NCBI GenBank assembly: GCA_951406725.2
Contig: OX597823.1
Location: 27,900,001-27,964,000, forward strand
Source of the DNA: Octopus vulgaris
Lineage: Eukaryota
Length of the DNA stretch: 64,000 nucleotides
Direction: 5' to 3'
A program made the translations under genes and the position numbers. Of the stretch, positions 14,347-27,410 are shown piece after piece. Position 1 is the first letter of the stretch, and each line of letters begins with the position of its first letter. The notes beneath the pieces are model-generated. The model saw only the letters and a program-made list of their open reading frames with translations, made no database searches and was not told the origin of the DNA.

Positions 14347-14440
14347 CTGTCTGAAGAATTTCTAATAGGAGACATCATACATGTTTGTCTTACATGTGCA
14401 ATTTTGTAACTCCTATTAACAAACGAAACATGTGTAATGG
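14347..14440 (+). ncRNA. Type I hammerhead ribozyme motif
   Basis: ctgt CTGAAGA atttc taataggag...ctcctatta acaaac GAAA catgt GTA atgg. Stem I has two G-U pairs; first stem II pair mismatched. Confidence 0.65.
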
Positions 14441-14486
14441 TCAATAAATAAATCAAAAATCTTTTAAAACCAAATATATATATATC

Positions 14487-14812
14487 TCCTGTGCAGGAGG
14501 CATGTAAAAAGCACTATTTGAGCATCGCCGTTACCAGTGTTGTTGGACTGGCTCCTGTGCAGGTGGCATGTAAAAAACACCACTTGAGTGTGGTCGTTGC
14601 CAGTACCTCCTGACTGACCCTCATTCCGGTGGCACGTAAAAGCACCCACTACACTCTCGGAGGGGTTGGCGTTAGGAAGGGCATCCCGCTGTAGAAACTC
14701 TGCCAGATTAGATTGGAGCCTGGTGCAGCCATCTGGTTTGCCAGTCCTCTGTCAAATCATCCAACCCATGCTAGCATGGAAAGCGGACATTAAACGATGA
14801 TGATGATGAGGA
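14487..14812 (+). mobile_element. RTE-type retroposon 3' end (others near 11296-11570, 18385-18620, 28178-28290)
   Basis: Internal tandem tggcacgtaaaaagcac units, then gttggcgttaggaagggcatcc...catgctagcatggaaa..gacattaaacgatgatgat tail. RTE assignment is an inference from the short-repeat tail. Confidence 0.7.
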
Positions 14813-14979
14813 TGATATATAAATATATATATGAGTATATGCATATGTATATAAGTATATATGTATATGGGTATGAATATATATGTATATGGGTATATAT
14901 GTGTATACATTGCATATATTGTTTGATATATAAATTGTGTATACGCACACATATATGTGTGTGTATATTTACATAATTG

Positions 14980-15029
<50 letters not shown>

Positions 15030-15063
15030 TACATATATGTGTGTGTATAGGTACATAATTGCA

Positions 15064-15095
<32 letters not shown>

Positions 15096-15711
15096 GTGTT
15101 TCTTGTTTGTGCCTTACATTGAAATCAAAGTTGATAAATGATTTCCAACTTAACTAATCCATCTAGTCTGTTATGCTCTTTGATAAATCACTGTTGTTTT
15201 CTTGTTACTAAGCTGACAGTAATAATGACAAAAGAGGCAAGAGAGAGGATTAGATCGGAACAATAGTTGTAAAATCATTAATGAAACTGTTTGTGTATTA
15301 TTGGATGCTTGTTGACATGGAAGATTGATTAGGTATCTTGTACTGGTTCAGTGTTAATCTGTAGACATAAACATAGACACATACACACATGTGCGCATGT
15401 GTCTATGTGTATATTTATATAAGCATATGGATGTGTGTATGTGTATTTGCACGTGCATATATATATATATGTGTGTGTGTGTATGCATGTATGTATGTGT
15501 ATGCATGTATGTATGCATGTATATATGTATGTATATATGTGTATATATATATATGTATATGTGTGTATATGTATGTATATATATATGTATGAATATATGT
15601 ATATATATATATGTATATATGCATGTATATATATGTATGTATAAATATATGTATGAATATATGTATGTATATATTTATATATATATATATGTATGTATGT
15701 ACGTACGTATG

Positions 15712-15752
<41 letters not shown>

Positions 15753-15803
15753 GTATGTATGTATGTATATATATATATATATATATATATGTACGTATGT
15801 ATG

Positions 15804-15844
<41 letters not shown>

Positions 15845-15874
15845 GTATGTATGTATGTATATATATATATATAT

Positions 15875-18121
15875 ATTCCTTTCCGGTCAATTTCTTTACT
15901 TAAGGCAACAACATCTGCTCTCTCATTCATTCACCTAGCGGCTATAATCTCGAGCACAGCTAAGTTTGAATGCTTATCTTATTTTTATTTATTTTCACTT
16001 CACTTCACTTCTCGACCAATCATACATGTTTTCCTATCTGTTGTTATTTATCTATCTAACTATTGTATCTAATTTCTCCTCTATTAACTCTTGCCCGACC
16101 AAGTCTCGCTCTATCATCCTTTTTCAACCTTCGCGCGTATTTGTCTATCGATCTCCGCCATCTTTAAAGCCTGTTCCCTTAATACACTTCCGCCTTGTCC
16201 AAAAATTCCTTTCCGGTCAATTTCTTTACTTAAGGCAACAACATCTGCTCTCTCATTCATTCACCTAGCGGCTATAATCTCGAGCACAGCTAAGTTTGAA
16301 TGCTTATCTTATTTTTATTTATTTTCACTTCACTTCACTTCTCGACCAATCATACATGTTTTCCTATCTGTTGTTATTTATCTATCTAACTATTGTATCT
16401 AATTTCTCCTCTATTAACTCTTGCCCGACCAAGTCTCGCTCTATCATCCTTTTTCAACCTTCGCGCGTATTTGTCTATCGATCTCCGCCATCTTTAAAGC
16501 CTGTTCCCTTAATACACTTCCGCCTTGTCCAAAAATTCCTTTCCGGTCAATTTCTTTACTTAAGGCAACAACATCTGCTCTCTCATTCATTCACCTAGCG
16601 GCTATAATCTCGAGCACAGCTAAGTTTGAATGCTTATCTTATTTTTATTTATTTTCACTTCACTTCACTTCTCGACCAATCATACATGTTTTCCTATCTG
16701 TTGTTATTTATCTATCTAACTATTGTATCTAATTTCTCCTCTATTAACTCTTGCCCGACCAAGTCTCGCTCTATCATCCTTTTTCAACCTTCGCGCGTAT
16801 TTGTCTATCGATCTCCGCCATCTTTAAAGCCTGTTCCCTTAATACACTTCCGCCTTGTCCAAAAATTCCTTTCCGGTCAATTTCTTTACTTAAGGCAACA
16901 ACATCTGCTCTCTCATTCATTCACCTAGCGGCTATAATCTCGAGCACAGCTAAGTTTGAATGCTTATCTTATTTTTATTTATTTTCACTTCACTTCACTT
17001 CTCGACCAATCATACATGTTTTCCTATCTGTTGTTATTTATCTATCTAACTATTGTATCTAATTTCTCCTCTATTAACTCTTGCCCGACCAAGTCTCGCT
17101 CTATCATCCTTTTTCAACCTTCGCGCGTATTTGTCTATCGATCTCCGCCATCTTTAAAGCCTGTTCCCTTAATACACTTCCGCCTTGTCCAAAAATTCCT
17201 TTCCGGTCAATTTCTTTACTTAAGGCAACAACATCTGCTCTCTCATTCATTCACCTAGCGGCTATAATCTCGAGCACAGCTAAGTTTGAATGCTTATCTT
17301 ATTTTTATTTATTTTCACTTCACTTCACTTCTCGACCAATCATACATGTTTTCCTATCTGTTGTTATTTATCTATCTAACTATTGTATCTAATTTCTCCT
17401 CTATTAACTCTTGCCCGACCAAGTCTCGCTCTATCATCCTTTTTCAACCTTCGCGCGTATTTGTCTATCGATCTCCGCCATCTTTAAAGCCTGTTCCCTT
17501 AATACACTTCCGCCTTGTCCAAAAATTCCTTTCCGGTCAATTTCTTTACTTAAGGCAACAACATCTGCTCTCTCATTCATTCACCTAGCGGCTATAATCT
17601 CGAGCACAGCTAAGTTTGAATGCTTATCTTATTTTTATTTATTTTCACTTCACTTCACTTCTCGACCAATCATACATGTTTTCCTATCTGTTGTTATTTA
17701 TCTATCTAACTATTGTATCTAATTTCTCCTCTATTAACTCTTGCCCGACCAAGTCTCGCTCTATCATCCTTTTTCAACCTTCGCGCGTATTTGTCTATCG
17801 ATCTCCGCCATCTTTAAAGCCTGTTCCCTTAATACACTTCCGCCTTGTCCAAAAATTCCTTTCCGGTCAATTTCTTTACTTAAGGCAACAACATCTGCTC
17901 TCTCATTCATTCACCTAGCGGCTATAATCTCGAGCACAGCTAAGTTTGAATGCTTATCTTATTTTTATTTATTTTCACTTCACTTCACTTCTCGACCAAT
18001 CATACATGTTTTCCTATCTGTTGTTATTTATCTATCTAACTATTGTATCTAATTTCTCCTCTATTAACTCTTGCCCGACCAAGTCTCGCTCTATCATCCT
18101 TTTTCAACCTTCGCGCGTATT
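15875..18121. repeat. Tandem array, 330-bp unit, 6.8 copies
   Basis: Sequence recurs every 330 nt; ORF-track peptides repeat identically at +330; no differences seen between copies. Confidence 0.98.
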
Positions 18122-18684
18122 CGCGGTGCACCCACCCTGCCCACCCCCACCACCAATACCGGATATCTCTATATTTTTGCTCCATCTATACCGGATGTTG
18201 TTTCTCCCACCACCATTATAGGTGTCTACTCTTCGAATGCCCCCTCCTCAATACGCTATTTTCACCATGCATTACCCTCTATCCTACGTTCTACTTGCCT
18301 AAGAACCTGTCATCATTCCTCTGAACCACCCCCTCCCCACTGGTGCTCCCCTATATTTCTGCCCCCCCCCCCACATAATAAAAAAGCACCATCCGAACGT
18401 GGCCGATGCCAGACCCTCTGGCACCTGTGCAGGTGGCACGTAAAAAACACCCACTACACTCGCGGAGTGGTTGGCGTTAGGAAGGGCATCCAGCTGTAGA
18501 AACACTGCCAGACTAGACTGGAGCCTGGGGCAGTCCCTAGCTCCCCAGACCCCGGTCGAAACCGTCCAACCCGTGCTAGCGCGGAAAACGGACGTTAAAC
18601 GATGATGATGATGATGATGATATATGTACGTATGTATGTATGTATATATATATATATATATATGTATTTATGTACGTATGTATG

Positions 18685-18719
<35 letters not shown>

Positions 18720-19000
18720 TTATGTACGTATGTATGTATGTATATATATATATATATATATATGTATTTATGTACGTATGTATGTATGTATATATATATA
18801 TATATATATGTATTTATGTACGTATGTATGTATGTATATATATATATATATATATGTATTTATGTACGTATGTATGTATGTATATATATATATATATGTA
18901 TTTATGTACGTATGTATGTATGTATATATATATATATATGTATTTATGTACGTATGTATGTATGTATATATATATATATGTATTTATGTACGTATGTATG

Positions 19001-19035
<35 letters not shown>

Positions 19036-19048
19036 TTATGTACGTATG

Positions 19049-19091
<43 letters not shown>

Positions 19092-19660
19092 GTATATATA
19101 TGTATTTATGTATGTATATATATATGTATTTATGTATGTATATATATATGTATTTATGTATGTATATATATATGTATTTATGTATGTATATATATATGTA
19201 TTTATGTATGTATATATATATATATTTATGTATGTATATATATATATGTATTTATGTATGTATATATATATATATATGTATTTATGTATGTATATATATA
19301 TGTATGTATTTATGTATGTATATATATATGTATGTATTTATGTATGTATATATATATGTAATTATATATGTATGTATATATGTATGCATATATGCATGTA
19401 TATATATATATGTATATATATATGTATTTATGTATGTATATATATATATGTATTTATATATGTATGTATTTATGTATGTATATATTTATATGTATTTATA
19501 TATGTATGTATATATGCATGTATATATGCATGTATATATATATATGTATATATATATGCATGTATATATGCATGTATATATATATATGTATATATATATG
19601 TATTTATATATGTATGTATGTATATATGTATGTATGTATATATGTATGTATATATGCATG

Positions 19661-19693
<33 letters not shown>

Positions 19694-19806
19694 GTATATA
19701 TATGTGTATGTATATGTATGAATGTATGTATGTTTGTATGTAAGTATATATATGGTATTTGTATGTGGAAAGTGACATAAGTATGCATTTGCACTTTTGT
19801 ATATAA

Positions 19807-19860
<54 letters not shown>

Positions 19861-22800
19861 GCAGTGTGTGTGTAACTGTGTGTATATATTTGTCCCTTCC
19901 GTGTTTGTTTTGTTTAATGCCTATATATGTATATGTATGGTTCTGTTCATATCTTCCTGCTAATTGTTCATTCTGAGCATAATCCCACTGCATAGCTTTT
20001 TGCATGTCTTGAAACTCTGGTCTTAGGTTGGTCAATTCTTCGTCATTTGTATTTGGCTGGTGAAAAATATATGGCTGGCTGATAAACTTCTGCTTTGTTA
20101 GCTTTACGCACACATACACATGCATGGGCACACACTTGTCAATCTTCTATACATATTTCATTACCCAAATGGCTGTGTGGTTAAGCAACTTCATTCCAAA
20201 CTTTGTCAGTTAATTTGGTTGATGGAAACTGGAAGAGATCCATCATGTGTGTGCATACATATGTGTATTTGTGTCTCTTTGTCTTAGCAACGTATGGTAT
20301 TTGTTAACAAATATGAGCATCATACAAGGGATTTTATTTGTTTGCAAGCTTCCACAAAAGCAGATCTGTTCATATTTGAAAAAAGTTGGGAAAATATTAA
20401 CCTTGCCTGGAAACAGGTGAGGTTTAGCATCAAGGAAGGAGGCCAATTGGGGAAAACCTGCATCAATGAATTTCATCTGATCCATTATGCAAGCATAGAG
20501 AAGTGGATGTTAAAACAATGATCTTTCATCTTTTACTTGTACATAATTCCTCATCTCTTAAATATAGAACTGTATTATAAATTTATGTTAGTCAAACTAT
20601 ATTTTATCAACAACAAATTTTTTTGTTTTTACTTGTTTCAGTCATTTGACTGTGGCCATGCTGGAGCACTGCCTTTAGTCGAGCAAGTTGACCCCAGGAC
20701 TTATTCTTTGTAAGCCTAGTACTTATTCTATCGGTCTCTTTTGCTGAACCACTAAGTTATGGGGACATAAACACACCAACATCGGTTGTCAAGTGATGTT
20801 GCGGGGACTAACACAGACACACAAAAATATACACACACATACATATATATGGCGGTCTTCTTTCACTTTCCGTCTACCAAATCCACTCACAAGACTTTGG
20901 TCAACCTGAGGCTATAGTAGAAGACACTTGCCCCAGGTGCCATGCAGTGAGACTGATCCCAGAACCATGTGCTTGGTAAGCAAGCTACTTACCACACAGC
21001 CACTCCTGTGCCTATGGCTACTTAAATTTTGGATCCTGTCAATCTTGTGGAAAGTAACACAAATCAGTAAGTTATTAGTTCAGAAATACTTGTGTTACAC
21101 TCACCAAAAGAAGGGTTTCATTGCCAATGTTTATAACTGATGCAACCAACAGTAGTTGTAATTTGTCATTAAGTTCAGTGACACATAGCACCTCACATGC
21201 ACAATAATCCTTCAAGTCAGCTTCTAGTAATTTGTATGCATTCATTATTGACATCAGTAAAACCAAATCGAGAACAGGTAAAGCTAAATGATGGAAATTT
21301 TTCTTAACGGCAAGAATTTTGTCATGAAATTTGCCTGGTAGATTTAAGTTTAATATCACTGTTTGTCACTCTGGGTGACTTTTGTGGAGTCCACTCTGTT
21401 TGCAAGGTTTTGGGTCAGGTCTCTGATTTAAGGATACCTTCATCTTTTCCTCTCACTTTTCTTGGAGGGTCACAGACACTGCTTTTCTGACTAAAAGGTA
21501 AAATACACATCTATACATGGTGTCATGGTTCACTGGTTTCTTTTCATTGACTTACCTGTTGTTTCACTTTAATTTTGTTGTATAATTTAGAAAAAAAGTT
21601 TCTTTTATGTTACAAACCACTTAAAATGAATTAATTTACATTAGGTCTCAAATGAAATCTTTAAATGTCTCCTTGTCCCTATCTTGACATATTCATTTTT
21701 AAGTAATTCACTGTTCATGTGTCAAAATGCTGTTTTACAATAGGTAGGGGCATATTCTAAAAGTGAAGTGAATCTCATTGTTGTTAGTGATCCAATCTTT
21801 TGCAAAAGGTAAATATTTCAATATGGTTTATGTTAACCTCTCAAACATGTGCTCAGTCACTCAGTACGGAATGAAATTACAACACCAGGTGAATTTTGAA
21901 AATGGGCAACATATACTGTAAAAGGTGATTGTGCTGGCCTACAGGTCTGTGACAAATTCCATAAGACATTGAAGGAACGGGTAGTTGCTTCGCCTTCACA
22001 GTCCTGTTAAGAAACCGAGGCTATTTTAGACTGAATGAATAATTCTGCATATTTCTACATATTTCTTAGATTTATCTGTAGAATACCTTTCTGCAAATTC
22101 TATTAGATAATGAACCTTGTTCATAGATCAGTGTCATTGTGTTGCTCAGATTGTTTTCATTATAAGTTTATGCATTTTGGATTGTTTGTTCTCCCTACAG
22201 TATCCAAGTTTAACTTTACCATCTTATATTTGTTTTGTGTACTTTGAATTGTGTTTTGTATCATATATCTTGTATCATGTGTCTTTCAGCTGGTGTCCTG
22301 TGTTATATATCATGTGTCTTATGATTTGTGCTTTGTGTCTTGTACCTTCTGTCTTTGTCAGTTATCTTGTAGATTATGTCTTGTTTCTTGCCTCCTATAT
22401 CTTGTATTTTATGTCTTGCATCTTGAATCTTGTATCATATGTCTTAGGACCTGTATCTCGTACTGTGTGTCTTACATCTTATCTCTTCCATCTTGTATTT
22501 AGTGACTTGTCTTCTGTTTTCCATTTTCCATCTTGTCTCTTACATGTATCTCTTCATCATCTTTTTTCTCATCTTCCATTTTTCATATTCCAGCTTCCAT
22601 CACCTGTCATCCTCCTTATGCCTTCCATCTTATCTTGCTCATCTAATCTTTACTGTCACCTTCTTTATCCACACAACAGCTTCTTTTTCTCATCAATAAT
22701 CTTTTGTCTTATTAAGTATTATTAAATCCTCTTAAATTTTTCTAAATCTTCTGTTTTTTTTTTCTCTTGTCTTTTGCTTTTCCCTTTTGTACTGCACTAT

Positions 22801-23387
22801 GTGAAATCTAGAATGATCAATAGCCATTGTGATTGTATTTATTTTATTATGCAGTAGTCAATGATGAAGACCAAATTTGAATATGAAACCAAAAAAACAA
22901 AAACAACAATAACATTAATATATTATTTATTTTAGTAGAGTCACACCTGCAAAGTCTTGTTCTTAGAGAGAGATGTAATCTTGGTTTTGTTATATTCTTG
23001 GCAGTAATGTCTGTTAATTCTACTGTAAACTTTCATTCTTTGAATAGTTGGATTATTTCTTTGTTTTATACACATGCATACGTACGTACATACATACATA
23101 TGTACATGCATGCATACATACAAACATACATACAAACATACATACATACAACCCTACATACATACATATGTACATACATACATACGTACGTACATGCATA
23201 CATATGTACATACATACATATGTACATACATACATATGTACATACATACATACATACATACATATGTACATGCATGCATACATACAAACATGCATACCTA
23301 CGAACATACATACATACAAACCTACATACATACATCATACATACATACATACATACATACATATGTACATACATGCACACATTCATA

Positions 23388-24201
23388 CAAGCGTGTACCC
23401 AAAAGAAACCAATATTTTGCAATATTATTTTATTCACTTAGCTTTACATGTTTACACTTTAATCACCTTCAAAGTATTCTACATTTGAAGCAATGTATCA
23501 GTCCAGGTGTGTTTTCCACTGTTTAAAGCAGTGCTGGAACTTTCGTGAAGTGATGCCTTTTAACACTTCTATTGTTTTTTTTTTTCACTTCTTCCACATC
23601 TGAAAATTCCATAACACCAGCAATGATCTTTGGAAAAAAGTCTGGATCAACTTCCAACTGTGTTTTCAGTTCACGACACGTTCATTTGTGACTGCTTTTG
23701 ATCTTCTGTGAGCAAGCAGGACACAAATTTTGCTGTAACTCTTTTCATTTGCAATTCCTCACTCAAAATTCATTGGTTTGAGTTCCAGGATATACCAGTC
23801 TTATCAACAAGTTTGTCAATTGTTCAGCAATGGTACACCCCAAAATCAGTTCATGAATTTTCATGATGTTTTTATTTGTTTAGTAGGTCAACAGTAGCCC
23901 TGAATGAGGTTGGTCTTCAAGCAACAAGTGGCCATTCCTAAAGCATGAAAACCACTTGTAAATTTACATCGGCCTTGTAAGCTGTTTGAAGTGTGACAAC
24001 TATTTTGGCTGCTGTTTTTCCCATCAGAAAACAGAATTTCATGGAAACATGCTTTTCATTCATTTCAACCATCACAAAAATTGATGAGCAGGAGCGAAGC
24101 ACTACAAAACAAAGATGCACCACATGACAGTAGGACCCCATTCACTGCCACTGGGTTTGACCCACAGAAAATGTTTTGGGTTACTTTTGGGTACCCACTT
24201 G
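23388..24201 (-). mobile_element. Degenerate mariner element
   Basis: TA-flanked TIRs caagcgtgtacccaaaagaaacc / ggttacttttgggtacccacttg. N-terminal HTH relic EKHVSMKFCFLMGKTAAKIVVTLQTAY. Confidence 0.8.
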
Positions 24202-24755
24202 TACATACATACATACAGACAGACCGACATACATATAGAGAGACAGACATACATATGCACACACATACATACAGACAGACAGACATACACACACACACAT
24301 ACATACAGACAGACATACACACACATACATACAGACAGACATACGCACACACATACATACATACATAAACACACACACACATACACACATACATAGTCAA
24401 AAGACTGCAACCTTTCTTGTTGAACTCTTTTATATGTATCTGCCTGTAATTGTTGAACTCAATGTTCTGAATCTTTCTTTGTAATGTCTACTCAGGGATA
24501 TTGACAATCACTGTTAGAAGCATAGGAACAATACCATGGGATTAAAATTTTTGTAATTTAAATGTACAGAAATTATGCTGATTCTGATTGCTATGGCTGA
24601 TGAAGGGCTTTCTGTGTTTAGTTGTCCCTTGATTTTTGCTAAATACATGCATATACATTTGTGTGTGTGTGTATATGTAAGAAATGATTCTAATGATTCC
24701 TACCTATGCAGTTATTTAATCAATTAATTAATTAATGTGTTGTTATTCTATGCAG

Positions 24756-24856
24756 GTGATGGTGTTATTGACAAAGATGAATATTCAGCTTTTATGAAAG
24801 CTTTTGCATACAATGGAGAAGGTGATCCCGTGAAAAATTTCACAATCTTGTGTCAG
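24756..24856 (+). CDS. Calexcitin/SCP-like EF-hand protein, internal coding exon
   Basis: Acceptor ttctatgcag, donor CAG|gtaata, 101 nt. Translates (G)DGVIDKDEYSAFMKAFAYNGEGDPVKNFTILCQ. Splicing to the previous exon completes a canonical 12-residue EF-hand loop, DLNGDGVIDKDE. Confidence 0.92.
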
Positions 24857-24956
24857 GTAATACTAGATTTTTATTGTTCCACACAACATACACAAGCATA
24901 TATACACACAAGTACACAAACATACATACAGTATACCCATCTGTATTATGCATAAC

Positions 24957-25372
24957 TCTTACTCTTTAACTTGTTTCAGTCATTTGACTGTGGCCATGCT
25001 GGAGCACCGCCTTTTTAGTTGAGCAACTCGACCCTGGGACTTATTCTTTGTAAGCCCAGTACTTATTCTATCGGTCTCTTTTTGCCGAACCGCTAAGTGA
25101 CGGGGACGTAAACACACCAGCATCGGTTGTCAAGCAATGCTAGGGGTACAAACACAGACACACAAACACACACACATACATACATATATATATATATATA
25201 CATATATACGACAGGCTTCTTTCAGTTTCCGTCTACCAAATCCACTCACAAGGCATTGGTCGGCCCGGGGCTATAGCAGAAGACACTTGCCCAAGATGCC
25301 ACGCAGTGGGACTGAACCCGGAACCATGTGGTTGATTAGCAAGCTACTTACCACACAGCCACTCCTGTGCCT
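24957..25372 (-). mobile_element. SINE family B (other - copies: 20630-21012, 50052-50470)
   Basis: Reverse complement of the 13852 and 44679 copies. Confidence 0.88.
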
Positions 25373-25655
25373 ATAAGTATATAAATATACATAAACACAA
25401 ATAGAGAAGCAGCTGGACCATCAGAAATAGATACTAAGATGCTGAAAAAATCTACTGATGTAGCACTATTTATTCATATAGCTTGTCAGCTAATAGAGAG
25501 GTGTCATTCCAAATCACTGGTAAAATATATCCTCTTTAACTGCTATGAGAGTTAATAAGATGCTCTCGACCAGGATTTCTCTACCATTTTTTAATCTATG
25601 GACCCCTTTAATTACCATTTTATTCCTGTGGACCCCATAGCTATTAGATGTTTAA

Positions 25656-25876
25656 CCCTTTTGTTACTGTATTTATTTTGAGATGCTCTGTGTTTCTTTC
25701 AATTAATTTTAAATATAACAAAGAATTTAGTAAAATAACTTAGTTATCATTCAGCTAGTGTTAGGAACATAAATTGTGACTAAGGTTTGGTGGAAGATTT
25801 TAATTCAAAGCTTATAAAAACGAGACATTTGTACTCAGAGCCAGAGCTGGTTTCAGCCGGCTTGGTAATGAAAGGG
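25656..25876. mobile_element. piggyBac-type MITE
   Basis: TTAA-cccttt...aaaggg-TTAA. The duplicated host copy near 26090 shows the empty site with a single TTAA. Confidence 0.88.
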
Positions 25877-26169
25877 TTAAAAACTAGTTTTATAGAAACT
25901 GCTTTCAAAATTCCTATCTTATTTTTCATGCATTAACTTGTGTAAAATGGTAGAGAAAGAAACCCCAGCTGTTTCTTGCAATAAATACCAATACATAAAT
26001 CTAAAGCAGGGGTTCTCAACCATTTTTTATATCTATCAACCCCTTTGATTACTATTTTATCCTGGTAGACCCCCGTAACCATTCGATGTTTAAAAACTAG
26101 TTTTATAGAAACTTTTGAAATTCCTATTTTGTTTTTTCACACTTGTGTAGATTGAGCAATGTAAAATAT

Positions 26170-26566
26170 TCTTTTCTACTCTAGGCACAAGGCCCGAAAT
26201 TTTTGGGGAGAGGGCCAGTCAATTAGATCGACCCAGCATGCAATTGGTACTTAATTTATTGATGCCGAAAGGATGAAAGGCAAAGTCAACTTCGGCAGAA
26301 TTTGAACTCAGAATGTAAAGACAGATGAAATACCTATTTCTTTATTACCCACAGGGGGCTAAACACAGAGGGGACAAACAAGGACAGACATAGGTATTAA
26401 GTCGATTACATCGACCCCAGTGCGTAACTGGTACTTAATTTATCGACCCCGAAAGGATGAAAGGCAAAGTCGACCTCGGCGGAATTTGAACTCAGAACGT
26501 AGCGGCAGACGAAATACCACTTAGCATTTCGCCCAGCGTGCTAACGTTTCTGCCAGTTCGCCGCCA
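26170..26566 (-). mobile_element. SINE family A dimer (tail type 2 + tail type 1)
   Basis: Two bodies joined at aagaaata|ggtatttc; flanked by tgtaaaatatt repeats. Confidence 0.88.
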
Positions 26567-26830
26567 TGAACTCTGTAAAATATTAGAGAAAGAAACCTTG
26601 CTGTTTCTTCCATACCAATACATATATCTAAAGTGAAATTTTGTCAGGGGCTCTTAAAATACTGTGGGTCTCCAATTTACTATTTTGTTATGTGAACTCC
26701 CAAATATCTTCTGTGGACCTCAGGGGGTCATATGGCCTCAGTTAAGAACCACTACTCTAGAATGAAACAACTAAATGTGTGTCTCACTGATGGGCCAAGT
26801 AATGAAAGTAACAATATTTAAGGTTTAATA

Positions 26831-27045
26831 AGGCGGTGAGCTGGCAGAATCGTTAGCACGTCAGGTGAAATGCTTAGCTGTATTTTGTCTGTCTTTATGT
26901 TCTGAGTTCAAATTCTGCCGAGGCCCTCTTTGCCTTTCATCCTTTCGGGGCTGATAAATTAAGTACCAGTTGCATACTGGGGTTGATCTAATTGACTGGC
27001 CTCCTCTCCCCAAATTTTGGGTCTTATGCCTAGAGTAGAAAAGAA
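26831..27045 (+). mobile_element. SINE family A monomer (similar + copies at about 6205-6370, 28969-29180, 31418-31630, 51212-51408)
   Basis: Full head-core-tail; TSD aatatttaaggtttaat on both sides. Confidence 0.9.
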
Positions 27046-27194
27046 TATTTAAGGTTTAATTAATTAGGAAGAACTTTAGAGATGAAGTTTGATTTTTCTA
27101 ATAAATCAGCGTACAACTAATGTTTTCTTCCTAAAGAGACAACTATAAGAAAATTTCTTACCTCAGGGCAATATTTCTTGAAGATATTTAGAAT

Positions 27195-27410
27195 TTGTTG
27201 ATTTGAAGAAAGCCTTGATGAATGGCTTGTGAGAGCCATGCTAACTTTGTACAGAGATGCTGTTAGCAAAATGAAAAGTAATGAGTTTGATGTAAGATTT
27301 CGCTTGTGGGTAGGTATCCATCAGGGCTTGGCTATCAGCTTTTGTCTGTATATTATTGTTTCCCAGGGCATAAAATAAGAGTTTAAAAACCAGCTGATTG
27401 TGGGAAGTCC
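27195..27410 (+). mobile_element. RTE-type LINE reverse transcriptase fragment
   Basis: FVDLKKA, then EWLVRAMLTLYRDAVSKM...VGIHQG (RT motifs). Deleted and degenerate. Confidence 0.7.

Larger units (their letters stand above)
25571..26755. mobile_element. hAT-like MITE, partly tandem-duplicated, with nested insertions
   Basis: caggggttctcaac (near 26007) ... gttaagaaccacta (near 26753). 25571-26006 repeats the 5' part. Hosts a TTAA MITE and a SINE dimer. Confidence 0.6.

Noticed and set aside
15875-18121. 330-bp array as a hammerhead retrozyme
   Set aside because: Unit size fits, but no CTGANGA core was found on either strand.
15966-18499. Repeated 100-103 aa + strand ORFs as a tandem gene cluster
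   Set aside because: Products of the 330-bp repeat; non-ATG starts in the track; no recognisable domain.
11754-19854. Long Y/I/C/V/M/H/T ORFs here and throughout the window
   Set aside because: Translations of TA/TG/TATG microsatellites.
22117-22725. 202-aa hydrophobic ORF
   Set aside because: Degenerate tcttg(t/c)a-type low-complexity DNA with no domain features.
24597-24632. ctgatgaaggg...ccctt as a hammerhead; likewise ctgatgag at 28588
   Set aside because: No GAAA/NUH half follows in either case.
24737-24955. 72-aa ORF as a standalone EF-hand gene
   Set aside because: Only 24756-24856 is exon; the rest is intron read-through.
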